Source: a virus
Lineage: Duplodnaviria; Caudoviricetes
Virus record (IMG/VR): IMGVR_UViG_3300036833_000092
Coordinates: 1-46,522 of that record
Strand: one strand, 5' to 3'
DNA: 46,522 bases
Position numbers and translations under genes: made by a program. Of the stretch, positions 37,121-45,643 are shown one piece after another (position 1 is the first letter of the stretch; every line of letters starts with the position of its first letter). Below the pieces are notes generated by a model that made no database searches, had not been told where the DNA came from, and worked only from the letters and a program-made list of their open reading frames with translations.

Positions 37121-37500
37121 AGTTGACATGACTTGACTATAGTTGACATGAGTTGACTGCAATTGACATGACTTGACATGACTTGACCATAGTTGACATG
37201 ACTTGACCACCCCTGAGCATAGTTGACATGAGTTGGCTGCAGTTGACATGACCTGACTTGACTTGACATGACTTGACAACACTTGGCATGACTTGACATG
37301 ACTTGTCATGACTTGACCCTCCCTGAGCATAGTTGACATGACTTGACATGGCTTGACATGAGTTGACTGCAGTTGACATGACTTGGCATGAATTGACAGC
37401 AGTTGACCATAGTTGACATGACTTGCCATGGCTTGACCGTAGTTGTCATGACTTGACCGTAGTTGACATGACTTGACATGACTTGACCGTAGTTGACATA
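37121..37500. repeat. Tandem array of 38 decamers, consensus A(C/G)TTGACATG
   Basis: Exact 10-bp register; 19 units contain TTGACA. Confidence 0.97.
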
Positions 37501-37525
37501 GTCGACCGTAGCCGACCGTAGAACA

Positions 37526-37571
37526 GTTAGCGCGGCTAATGTTAGCGAGGCTAACTGTTAGCGAGGCTAAC
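37526..37571. repeat. Three tandem palindromes GTTAGC-N3-GCTAA(C/T)
   Basis: 37526-37540, 37541-37555 and 37557-37571. Confidence 0.9.
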
Positions 37572-37579
37572 TAGGCTGC

Positions 37580-37790
37580 ACTCGACCGTAGTCGACTACA
37601 CAAGTCGGCCCGCCGTGTAGTCGACCGTAATCGACAGCAGTCGACGACGCTTAAACTCTTACCACCCGAGCCGACTGTGCTCGACCGTTCCCGACTGTAC
37701 TCGACTACATTCGACCGTAGCCGGCGCAAACTGACCGTAGCTGACTGCCTCTGACCGTAGGCGTGCAGCTACGAGTGTAGTCGACGGACC
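37580..37790. repeat. Degenerate ~10-bp TCGAC/CTGAC repeats
   Basis: Units such as TCGACCGTAG and TCGACTACA at about 10-bp spacing. Confidence 0.75.
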
Positions 37791-37881
37791 TAACTTCAGA
37801 AAAGTTCGCGAAACTGGCCATTTTCGCTTTACTCTGCCCGCCGACCGGGTAGAATTGAGCTATCGGCGCGAGGGACGCGCC
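37781..37881 (+). promoter_or_regulatory. Early promoter module, copy 1
   Basis: TCGACGGACCTAACTT...GACCGGGTAGAATTG...CGCGAGGGACGCG. Confidence 0.65.
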
Positions 37882-37924
37882 GGGGAGCGCGCGGCGAGGC
37901 CGCGCGGAAGGGTAAGGGCCTAAA

Positions 37925-38308
37925 ATGGCTAACGAGTACGCGAGCTACAAGACCAACGAGATTTCGCCTACGCTGAAGGCGTTCGCGGAATGGCTTCGTA
38001 TCGAAACCGGATACGACGTCGACGAGAGGTCAGTCGCGATGGGCGGCGGGGTGCTGCGGACCAAGTTCCAGCAGTCCGAGTGGTGGAAGAACGATTCGCG
38101 GAACTACCTCGCGAACGTCGAAGCCAACCGGGCGGCCAAGGACGCGGAAGCGGCCGCCAAGGCCAAGGACGCGCTAGCCAAGGCTACCGCGCGGGTCAAG
38201 GCCGCCGAGGACAAGGCCAAGGCGTCGCTCGCCGCCGCCAAGGCCAAGGAGGCGGCCGCCAAGAAGCTCGCCGACGCGGAGGCCAAGCCCGAGGGCAAGG
38301 CCGCGTAG
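37925..38308 (+). CDS. Protein with Ala/Lys-rich C-terminal tail
   Basis: Strong codon bias; own promoter and terminator. Confidence 0.8.
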   Translation: MANEYASYKTNEISPTLKAFAEWLRIETGYDVDERSVAMGGGVLRTKFQQSEWWKNDSRNYLANVEANRAAKDAEAAAKAKDALAKATARVKAAEDKAKASLAAAKAKEAAAKKLADAEAKPEGKAA

Positions 38309-38317
38309 GTCGAACGG

Positions 38318-38355
38318 GGAAACCCGGCCGGAGCAATCCGGTCGGGTTTCCTTTT
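38318..38355 (+). terminator. Intrinsic terminator
   Basis: GGAAACCCGGCCGGA/TCCGGTCGGGTTTCC stem plus TTTT. Confidence 0.85.
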
Positions 38356-38361
38356 GCACGC

Positions 38362-38595
38362 CATGTAGTCGACTACAGTCGACGACATCGGGCCGCGCGC
38401 CGAGCCGAGCCGAGCCGGACATGTAGTCGACTGCAGTCGAGTGCGATTGACCTTCCGGCCGCGCCGGGCATGTAGTCGACTGCCGTCGAGTAGTCGACTA
38501 CAATCGACCGTCACCGTGTAGTCGACCGCAATCGAGTGTAGACGATTTTCCACGACCGTACGCGACCGTTCGCGATGTAGTCGACTACCATCGAC
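38362..38595. repeat. Cluster of TGTAGTCGAC motifs
   Basis: Includes the perfect palindrome TGTAGTCGACTACA at 38364-38377. Confidence 0.8.
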
Positions 38596-38688
38596 GGACC
38601 TAACTTTAAAAAGTCCCATAGCGCGATTCGCGCGGCCGCAGGCGCGACCGGATAGAATTGCCTTAGGCGGTCGCGAGGGACGCGAGCC
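38591..38688 (+). promoter_or_regulatory. Early promoter module, copy 2
   Basis: TCGACGGACCTAACTT...GACCGGATAGAATTG...CGCGAGGGACGCG. Confidence 0.65.
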
Positions 38689-38706
38689 GACCGGAAAGGA
38701 TCGAAA

Positions 38707-38916
38707 ATGTCTACGACGACGACGACGCGAGTTGCCTACGACGGTCGGGCGAGGTGCTACGCGGAGGGCTGCCGGCGACGTGCTACCGTCGCGCTTACGC
38801 TCGTGTCCGTCCTAACGAACCCGGCCGAGGTGCTAGAACGTACGGACCTACTTTGCCTAGCCGGAGCTGACTACGTCGAGCAAATTTTCGATCGCGAGCG
38901 CGCGAACCCGATCTAG
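38707..38916 (+). CDS. Small hypothetical protein
   Basis: AAAGGA RBS; flanked by promoter and terminator. Confidence 0.65.
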   Translation: MSTTTTTRVAYDGRARCYAEGCRRRATVALTLVSVLTNPAEVLERTDLLCLAGADYVEQIFDRERANPI

Positions 38917-38928
38917 GCAAAACCGACT

Positions 38929-38961
38929 AACCCGGTAGGTTTGGTAACCTGCCGGGTTTTT
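38929..38961 (+). terminator. Intrinsic terminator
   Basis: AACCCGGTAGGT/ACCTGCCGGGTT stem plus T-run. Confidence 0.8.
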
Positions 38962-39210
38962 CGCGCGCCAGAAAAAGTAGGGCCCTAGAGCATGCATTCG
39001 AGCCCGCATGTAGTCGACCGTACTCGACCGTATGCACCGTAGCGTTATGTAATCGTTACGCGAAACATGCAGGGATTCGGGAATTTTCCGGGCCGTCCGT
39101 ACGTTAGTACGTTCGTACGTAGTACGAACGTGGAGCTGGCGGTTAGGTCTACGCGCGGAGTGCCGCGCGTCGGCCGGCCGACCGGCGATGCAACCAAGGA
39201 GTGGTCCTGA

Positions 39211-39648
39211 ATGACCAAGGAAGAACGAGAGCTGGAGCTGGCTCTGAAAGAGCTGGCAGAGGCGCAGGCCGACCTAGCACGTATCGAGCGCGGCGAGACC
39301 AAGCGTGGGCGTCCGCGTGGTAGCAAGAAGGACAAGGCAGAGACTGCTGCTAAGCCGAAGCCTGCCAAGCGCAAGCGCGCTCGCCGCCGTACTGGACACG
39401 GTTACTGGCCGGCGGACTGTACCATTAAGCCGAGGGGCGAGCTGGTCAAGGTTCTGCCAGTGAACCTGACGGGAATGCCGCACCACCCGGTAACACCGTG
39501 GACCGATCCGGTCGAGGGTAGGCACGAGTGCCCGTCGTGCAACGGTGAGAAGCTGGAGCAGCTGCGCCGGCAAGACCGCATCGAGACCATCGCGGCGCTC
39601 GTGCGGCGAGGCGCCAGCCTAGATGACGCGATCAAGGTGACGTCGTGA
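39211..39648 (+). CDS. Basic protein with AT-hook (KRGRPRG) and C-terminal CxxC
   Basis: AAGGAG RBS; motif visible. Confidence 0.65.
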   Translation: MTKEERELELALKELAEAQADLARIERGETKRGRPRGSKKDKAETAAKPKPAKRKRARRRTGHGYWPADCTIKPRGELVKVLPVNLTGMPHHPVTPWTDPVEGRHECPSCNGEKLEQLRRQDRIETIAALVRRGASLDDAIKVTS

Positions 39649-39810
39649 ATGAATTCCTATCCCAGATGCAAAATGACGCGCGACGGATTTGGAGTGGTCA
39701 CTGGCATCCCCAGTCGGTGCCGTGTTCTACGTCCTGCCCGATGGGTGACCCGAAGTCCGCTGCGGTGTTCCGCCGTGTACTTGACCAAGCCATCGTGGGG
39801 AGGTAACGCG

Positions 39811-39915
39811 ATGGGAATCTGTAAATGCGGCGAGGCGGCCGCCAAGCACTGCCAGTCGTGCGGCGCATGCCCGTTCAACGACTGCCCGTACTGGTGCGAA
39901 CCTGACGAAGACTGA
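39811..39915 (+). CDS. Cys-rich microprotein
   Basis: GGGAGG RBS; MGICKCG...CQSCGACPFNDCPYWC. Confidence 0.45.
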   Translation: MGICKCGEAAAKHCQSCGACPFNDCPYWCEPDED

Positions 39916-40013
39916 ACGTGCATTCTGGATCAATCCCGCGTCCGATCGTACGCGGGTGCGGGGCTGGTCCAGTCGGGACGTTCCCGGCCCGTCCAATTTG
40001 AGGAGCAAGCAAA

Positions 40014-40346
40014 ATGGACATCGAAGTAATCATCGACAGCATCGCTGCCGGCGAGTTCGACACGGTGCTAGAGCCGATGGTCGAAATGCTGCAGGCTCGT
40101 CGCGAGATGCTGCGTGAGCAGCAGGGCGCGCACAACAAGCTGGAGTTCGTGCCGGGTACGCGGGTGGAAACCTGCGGCAACCTCCGGCCGAGGTACCTGC
40201 TCAACATCCAGGGCACGGTCAGCTACGACCAGGACGGCGTACGCCGTGGCGACCTCCGCGTCCATATCGATGAGCTGTACCGCCGACGCATGGGACGGTA
40301 CAGTTTGATCCTGACAATACCGGCCTCGTGCCTCCGGAGGGCCTGA
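40014..40346 (+). CDS. Hypothetical protein
   Basis: GAGGAG RBS. Confidence 0.65.
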   Translation: MDIEVIIDSIAAGEFDTVLEPMVEMLQARREMLREQQGAHNKLEFVPGTRVETCGNLRPRYLLNIQGTVSYDQDGVRRGDLRVHIDELYRRRMGRYSLILTIPASCLRRA

Positions 40347-40576
40347 TGGCGCCGCATCCCGCGTTCGTTAAGCACTCTGACTGGGCGTGTGTCCGCCGCA
40401 CGGTCATCATCACCATCGCCGTGTTCGGCGTGATCCTCGTCATGCTGGGCCTCGTCTCGCGAGTCATCACCGTGGACCACTTCCACGGCGCGTACGGCGT
40501 GAGCATCGGCGTCAACAACGACTACATGTCCATCGGGAACAAGTTCCCGTTCATCACCATGGAGCACGCATCATGA
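40346..40576 (+). CDS. Small membrane protein
   Basis: GGAGG RBS; one TM helix. Confidence 0.55.
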   Translation: MAPHPAFVKHSDWACVRRTVIITIAVFGVILVMLGLVSRVITVDHFHGAYGVSIGVNNDYMSIGNKFPFITMEHAS

Positions 40577-40809
40577 GCCACACTGACCGAAACGACAAGC
40601 AAGAGCCGCGCGAGCGTCCGTTCCCGTACATCCCGCGTGGCGTGGCGATCGTGAGCACCGGCCGCGCGAATGGGCCGGATGACAACGCGGCGTACGTCCG
40701 TGTGCTGCTGCTGGACCGCGATCCGGACTACGCTCGTGCGGTGGCCAGGGCCATGGACATCATCAGCGATCCGGCGGAGGAAAGCTGGGGTGCTGACGGT
40801 GGAAGATGA
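40573..40809 (+). CDS. Hypothetical protein
   Basis: ATGA overlap. Confidence 0.5.
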   Translation: MSHTDRNDKQEPRERPFPYIPRGVAIVSTGRANGPDDNAAYVRVLLLDRDPDYARAVARAMDIISDPAEESWGADGGR

Positions 40810-41002
40810 CCTCGGCCTCAACTGCGACTGCTGCAACTGGATACTGACGCCGTTCTGGCGTCGTGCGAGCCGTAGGCGCTCGTGGAGAACATTCGGCATC
40901 CGCGTACTGCGCGTACGCGGCTAGTCCATCTGCTGCCGGGCTCGACTACGGACCCGGCAGCGGGTAGGCTTGCCGCGAGGGCAGGCTGGAAGGAGCAAGA
41001 CA

Positions 41003-41191
41003 ATGGGTAACGCCATTGGGATGGTCATCGTGGCCATACCAGCCATCATCATGTGGTGGCTACCGACAATCATCGCGCACAAGCGGCGCGTCCACCACAT
41101 CGGCAGCATCGCCGTGGTCAATGGGTTCTTTGGATGGAACCCCATCGGTTGGGTCGTCGCGCTCGCGATGGCCGTAAGGAGCAAGGCATGA
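41003..41191 (+). CDS. Superinfection immunity protein (T4 Imm-like)
   Basis: WLPTIIAHKR...IAVVNGFFGW..IGWVVALAMA signature. Confidence 0.8.
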   Translation: MGNAIGMVIVAIPAIIMWWLPTIIAHKRRVHHIGSIAVVNGFFGWNPIGWVVALAMAVRSKA

Positions 41192-41442
41192 CCGGGAAGA
41201 TTCCGAAGTACGGCGCACACTTCAGGCTTGGTAGCGCAGAGTGGCACCCGACGCTAGGCAGTTCGCTGTACATCCTCAAGAAGGACGGCTCGTGGTGGAT
41301 CAGGTCGGACAAGACCTCAAAGCGCTGGCAGCTGTTCCATAACTCGCTGCCTGTCGGCAAGGTCCAGCCGAGTCTCACCGAGGCTATGTCCTTGATGCTT
41401 GACGGCATCGACCAAGGCTTCTACATCATCGAGGAATCCTGA
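41188..41442 (+). CDS. Hypothetical protein
   Basis: AAGGAG RBS; ATGA overlap. Confidence 0.55.
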   Translation: MTGKIPKYGAHFRLGSAEWHPTLGSSLYILKKDGSWWIRSDKTSKRWQLFHNSLPVGKVQPSLTEAMSLMLDGIDQGFYIIEES

Positions 41443-41822
41443 TGGACATGACCATCAAGGTGAGCCCTAAGCTGTTCAAGCGGCTCGTCGCGCTACGAGA
41501 CCGGCACGGTGACAATACCATCGCCGATTACCTCGACCGCATCACTGAAGGACCGGCGTGGAGCCTTGGCGTCGATGAGGAACTTGCCGAAGAACAGATC
41601 GACGGCGCATGGCTCTTGTCCATAATCGGCCCGGTATGCAAGTACTGGGAAGATGAAGATGCCGTAATATGTGGACACGGTAGCTGCTACGAGATCATGT
41701 CGGAGCAAGAGCAAGATGAGGAGCGTCATCCGGACGCATACCCGTACGGCGAGCCGTGGGGACCTGACAACCCCGCGCCTGGCTCGCCGTGGTGGAATTC
41801 ATGGAAGTCATGGAGATCATGA
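41442..41822 (+). CDS. Hypothetical protein, possible ribbon-helix-helix N-terminus
   Basis: MTIKVSPKLFKRL...TIADYLDR. Confidence 0.55.
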   Translation: MDMTIKVSPKLFKRLVALRDRHGDNTIADYLDRITEGPAWSLGVDEELAEEQIDGAWLLSIIGPVCKYWEDEDAVICGHGSCYEIMSEQEQDEERHPDAYPYGEPWGPDNPAPGSPWWNSWKSWRS

Positions 41823-42004
41823 TGGATCAACACTACACCGACGCTGAACTTGAAGCGGCGCGCACCAAGGCGCTAATCGAGTCAGCAGACAGCGTCAATG
41901 CCCAGTTGCGGGCGCTCGAAGATGACTGTCCGTGGTGCCCGTTCGGCGGCACGCCGCTGTGCTGCTCCGTGGACCCTAACACTGCCAAAGGAGGGCAAGA
42001 GTAA
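41819..42004 (+). CDS. Hypothetical protein
   Basis: Tiles the operon; Cys cluster. Confidence 0.5.
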   Translation: MMDQHYTDAELEAARTKALIESADSVNAQLRALEDDCPWCPFGGTPLCCSVDPNTAKGGQE

Positions 42005-42156
42005 TGGAGTGCAAGATATGCGCACCGTTCGACTGCGATGACCCAGACCGTCACCTGGGCGTGCCCAGCGAGTACACCCCGCTCAAGAACCGTGGGTGCC
42101 ACTGCGACGCCGACATCACCGGCCGAGACTGCATGTGCTTCGAGGATGAGTCGTGA
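42004..42156 (+). CDS. Cys-rich microprotein
   Basis: Read manually (MECKICAPFDC...); GGAGG RBS; overlaps both neighbours. Confidence 0.5.
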   Translation: MECKICAPFDCDDPDRHLGVPSEYTPLKNRGCHCDADITGRDCMCFEDES

Positions 42157-42440
42157 TCCTGCGTCCGGTACAGGTCTCATCTAGACAGTTCAGCTGGTTC
42201 AACGACAAGCGCATGTACGTCGCGGAGATCAGTGACCTCGGCGGCCGGTTCGGGCGCGTGTATGATGACGCGTGCGACGTAGGCCTGACCGTAGTCAGCC
42301 AGTATGATGAGCGCGACGAGATCGTGTTCGTGGTCGACCACACCGAAGTCAAGGACGGCGACACTCTCTGGTGGGACTTGAAGCCTGCCAAGCCATCCGA
42401 CAAGAACTGCGGCTTTACCCTCCGCGTATTCAACGACTGA
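42153..42440 (+). CDS. Hypothetical protein
   Basis: GTGA overlap; codon bias. Confidence 0.6.
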   Translation: MILRPVQVSSRQFSWFNDKRMYVAEISDLGGRFGRVYDDACDVGLTVVSQYDERDEIVFVVDHTEVKDGDTLWWDLKPAKPSDKNCGFTLRVFND

Positions 42441-42449
42441 GGAGCCATT

Positions 42450-42650
42450 ATGGCGAAACTCTACACGGTCCAGCCAGAGTACGTCTGCGAGCAATGCGGA
42501 TCGCCTAACCCGATTAAGGTGAGTGCAGGCATGTACCGAGGCGAATGGGAGCTAGTGACACGATTCTGGGAGATAGGTACCATGACCGTGCTCGCTGGTA
42601 CGTTCCACAAGCCGTGTGTAGACAGGTACATACGGGAAAACAGGATCTGA
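42450..42650 (+). CDS. Hypothetical protein (CxxC)
   Basis: GAGGAG RBS. Confidence 0.55.
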   Translation: MAKLYTVQPEYVCEQCGSPNPIKVSAGMYRGEWELVTRFWEIGTMTVLAGTFHKPCVDRYIRENRI

Positions 42651-42785
42651 TGATCCTACTGCTGACGGCCGTGGTCGTACCCGTATGGGGTGCGGCCACG
42701 GCTTTTTGCTGGACAAGGTTCGGGAATAATTCCGGACGTTCGGACGTTCGACCTAGAGAAGCTAGGTCGCGTGCAAAGGAGCAAG

Positions 42786-42998
42786 ATGAACGAACATGAA
42801 GTCAAGAACGGCGAGGATGCAGCGTTCTTCCTGGCCAACGAGGTCGTGAACGAGTACCACGCCTTCCCAGTGGTGCAACGTGCAGACCTCGGCAAGAACA
42901 TACTGTACATCAAGCTGGACACGCAGTGGTACAGAATCACTGCAAACAGGGTACTTAGCGGCAACATGACCCAACAATTGGAGGACCTAGTACGATGA
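42786..42998 (+). CDS. Hypothetical protein
   Basis: AAGGAG RBS before ATG 42786. Confidence 0.55.
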   Translation: MNEHEVKNGEDAAFFLANEVVNEYHAFPVVQRADLGKNILYIKLDTQWYRITANRVLSGNMTQQLEDLVR

Positions 42999-43300
42999 CC
43001 GAGCAATGGGATCGGACCAAGCTCGAACAGCTCGTGATCGAGTGGTGGCAGGACGAAACACCGAAGGTCATGGCCATGGTCGATGGCTGGCTGAAGCGCG
43101 GCGACGGAGCAGCCATCTACCGCAACAGCGACCTCGGGCACCGTGACGTCGGGCTGCCCAGGATCGTGAGCTACGGCTCGCCGACCGCTCAGCTGGAGGT
43201 AACCGACCCGCCGACTACGCTGCCAGATGGCATTCCTGCCGGCGCAATCAACTATCGCTTCCAACTGGAAGCCGTATGTGGAGGGCCGTACAGTGGATGA
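42995..43300 (+). CDS. Hypothetical protein
   Basis: ATGA overlap. Confidence 0.6.
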   Translation: MTEQWDRTKLEQLVIEWWQDETPKVMAMVDGWLKRGDGAAIYRNSDLGHRDVGLPRIVSYGSPTAQLEVTDPPTTLPDGIPAGAINYRFQLEAVCGGPYSG

Positions 43301-43760
43301 CATCAACTTGAAGGACAGCAACTTTACCACCAAGGCAGTCTCTGCGGTGTGGCGTGCATTTCGGCAGAACGAAGCGACCCTGGTGAGTGATGCGCATGCC
43401 GCTATCGCCGCTATCGTCCCTGCCAGCATGGCGGCGAAGGAGCCGCGCGTCCTGACCATCAACGAGGCCGGCCTGCTCGCTGACCTCATGCGCGGCGTCC
43501 AAGGCAACAAGAAGATGCGGTACTACCCGCAAGGCGCAGACGGCGACACGGAACACCCCATGACGGCTACACTACGGGCGTTCACCCATGAAGGCGGCGG
43601 CGTCTACTTCGAGGCGGATGGTGACATCCGTGACTCGTTCGTCTGGGCCTCTGGGTTCACGGAGCACTGGTTCAAGGTCAGCGACCTCCTGAAGGCGCTG
43701 GACAACCTAGACGGCAAGCTCGGCACAGACCAGCCGATAGCCGTCATTGAGGAGAAGTAA
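43293..43760 (+). CDS. Hypothetical protein
   Basis: GGAGG RBS before GTG 43293. Confidence 0.6.
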   Translation: MDDINLKDSNFTTKAVSAVWRAFRQNEATLVSDAHAAIAAIVPASMAAKEPRVLTINEAGLLADLMRGVQGNKKMRYYPQGADGDTEHPMTATLRAFTHEGGGVYFEADGDIRDSFVWASGFTEHWFKVSDLLKALDNLDGKLGTDQPIAVIEEK

Positions 43761-43761
43761 C

Positions 43762-44022
43762 ATGAACACCAAACAAATGTCCGACCTACTCAGCAAGATC
43801 GCCTCCCGTGTGCACGGAGATGGCACAATCAACGGTAGCGGGACTGCTCCAGTCCAGCTACGCATCGGCTACGTCAACAATATCTGCCTGGGCGACGGCA
43901 TAGTAATCATCGACGCACCGGCAGTTATCACCACGCTGGTTTATGAATGGGTGGATCTGGAGAACGCCGAAGATGGTCACGTCTCCATGTCAGCTGGATT
44001 CGGAGGCTTGCTGGTCCGGTAA
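43762..44022 (+). CDS. Hypothetical protein
   Basis: GAGGAG RBS. Confidence 0.6.
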   Translation: MNTKQMSDLLSKIASRVHGDGTINGSGTAPVQLRIGYVNNICLGDGIVIIDAPAVITTLVYEWVDLENAEDGHVSMSAGFGGLLVR

Positions 44023-44040
44023 CTCAACAACAGGAAGACA

Positions 44041-44075
44041 GCAGCCCGGTCCCTCCGTGTATGGGACCGGGCTGC
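44041..44075. terminator. Hairpin terminator at convergent junction
   Basis: 13-bp stem GCAGCCCGGTCCC/GGGACCGGGCTGC. Confidence 0.7.
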
Positions 44076-44084
44076 AGTAGTTCC

Positions 44085-44138
44085 TTCGTTCTTTCGTACG
44101 GTGCGCACCGAGGCCGGCCGTACGAAATTACGAATAAA
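44085..44138. repeat. Second inverted pair of the CCGTACGAAAGAACGAA motif
   Basis: 44085-44101 (reverse) and 44118-44138 (forward, 2 mismatches). Confidence 0.75.
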
Positions 44139-44148
44139 AGAAATGCTG

Positions 44149-44370
44149 CTACGGAGTCCACTTGCCGGTGGTAATGACGGGATGCCAGAGGCCGAGCGGC
44201 CAGAACGCGACGGATATGATGTACTGTATCCAGCTATGAAGAGCCATGCTGACGCTAGTAAAGCTCTGCGACGGGATATGCGGTGGAGCGGTATTGATGA
44301 ATATCCCCAGGATGAAGTAGAAGCCGACCAGTATGCCGGCTGGGCTGAACAGGGCTTTGAGGAAGGACAT
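44149..44370 (-). CDS. Small membrane protein
   Basis: Two hydrophobic segments; GGAAGG RBS. Confidence 0.55.
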   Translation of the reverse strand: MSFLKALFSPAGILVGFYFILGIFINTAPPHIPSQSFTSVSMALHSWIQYIISVAFWPLGLWHPVITTGKWTP

Positions 44371-44386
44371 AACCTTCCCTTAATGC

Positions 44387-44671
44387 TCAGGAGAAGCCAG
44401 CCAATAGCGCAGAACAGCGCACAGTAAAGCGGAAGCATAATACACCTACCTGTCCTTGTTGGACTTCCCTATCTGCATGTACCTCGCGTACGACGCTCAC
44501 GCGCTCGCCCGGCATACGGACTTCGACGCCGGTCAGCGTACCACGGCCGTCCCAATGAAGATAGAGGCCGTGCTGCGCTAGGTATGTCGTGGTTACCTGC
44601 TCTACGCCAGGCGGTAGCGAGCGTATGTCGATACGGACCACGCCTGCTTCTCTGTCGATGTCGACGTACAT
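44387..44671 (-). CDS. DUF2283-like protein
   Basis: YVDIDREA...LHWDGRGTLTGVEV pattern. Confidence 0.5.
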   Translation of the reverse strand: MYVDIDREAGVVRIDIRSLPPGVEQVTTTYLAQHGLYLHWDGRGTLTGVEVRMPGERVSVVREVHADREVQQGQVGVLCFRFTVRCSALLAGFS

Positions 44672-44943
44672 CAGTACTCCCGCCTGTTGTTGCGCTGGTT
44701 CCTGTGGCCTTCAGCACGCTGTGTCCGTCCCGCGCGCCTGGCTGATTCTTCGACAGCACTTCGGCCTTTTGCCCTGATGGCGCCTCTAGGCATGACATGC
44801 TCCCACGCCATATGGTTCTCTTCACGCCGTGACATAAACGGCCAGAATCCCCGCGTCCCAGTCTGAGCCTCACGCTTAGTCTGGACTTCATCCCTGACCA
44901 AGAAGTTTGCGATGGCCCTATGCTCACGCCTCGTGAATATCAC
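44671..44943 (-). CDS. Basic hypothetical protein
   Basis: Overlapping start/stop tiling. Confidence 0.5.
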   Translation of the reverse strand: MIFTRREHRAIANFLVRDEVQTKREAQTGTRGFWPFMSRREENHMAWEHVMPRGAIRAKGRSAVEESARRAGRTQRAEGHRNQRNNRREY

Positions 44944-45296
44944 TTTTTGTCCCGACTCTGCCTAGAACGGTCAGCCCCGCGCGAGGTCCTATCTCGTGCA
45001 GCAGCTTTCTTGTCCTGGACTTCCTTCCTGGCAAGCCCATTGAGAACGGCCCGGCGAGCGCGACCTGATATGGCACCGCGGCCCCCACCGTAGCTTTTGC
45101 GGTCATTCTCAAGCTCCATAGCTTTGATGGCGCGATCGTCCAGGCCGGCATTTTCTGGCCTGGTAAAGCTGCGGCCACCGCCAAATGAAAGGAATTTGCC
45201 GCTATGCTTCCCAGACAGGAAGTCATCCAGGAACTTGCCGGTAGCCTCTTCCCTCTGGCGCTGAGCCGCTCTTGCTGCACGATCGCCAAAGATCAA
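44940..45296 (-). CDS. Basic hypothetical protein
   Basis: Overlapping start/stop tiling. Confidence 0.5.
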   Translation of the reverse strand: MIFGDRAARAAQRQREEATGKFLDDFLSGKHSGKFLSFGGGRSFTRPENAGLDDRAIKAMELENDRKSYGGGRGAISGRARRAVLNGLARKEVQDKKAAARDRTSRGADRSRQSRDKK

Positions 45297-45487
45297 GCTG
45301 CTTGAGTGAGCAGACCGCAGAGCCGGTCGAAGTCATCGGTGCCTGGCAGTTCACGGAACCGCTTGATCACATCAGGCGTCGCCTGGATCACAAGGACTTC
45401 GTTCTCGCTGGCGACGGCCTCGCGTACGCGGCTGTCTGCCCACGGCATCTCTGCCTCTAGCCGGTCTGCTGCTTGCTTGGCATTCAT
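45293..45487 (-). CDS. Hypothetical protein
   Basis: AGGAAGG RBS. Confidence 0.55.
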   Translation of the reverse strand: MNAKQAADRLEAEMPWADSRVREAVASENEVLVIQATPDVIKRFRELPGTDDFDRLCGLLTQAA

Positions 45488-45643
45488 GTCATGCCTTCCT
45501 GTTGTTGGTAGCGCCCTGTACGGTCAGATACCAGGCCAAGCAGGATCGCAACGGTCCAGGAGGTCAGCAGCCAGGCCGCACAGGGCTTAACGCGAGCGTA
45601 CCCGATCCCGGCCGGAAACGCTAGCCCACTTGTACCGCCCCAG

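Noticed and set aside
36856-37429. Minus-strand ORFs with HVKSCQVMSS repeats
   Set aside because: The reverse decamer CATGTCAAGT has no stop in any frame, so all three frames are open by default; conservation is at 10 bp, not a codon multiple
37121-37500. CRISPR array
   Set aside because: Contiguous 10-bp units with no unique spacers and no cas genes
42656-43510. 284-aa minus-strand ORF
   Set aside because: Antisense to well-tiled plus-strand genes with RBSs; no recognisable motif
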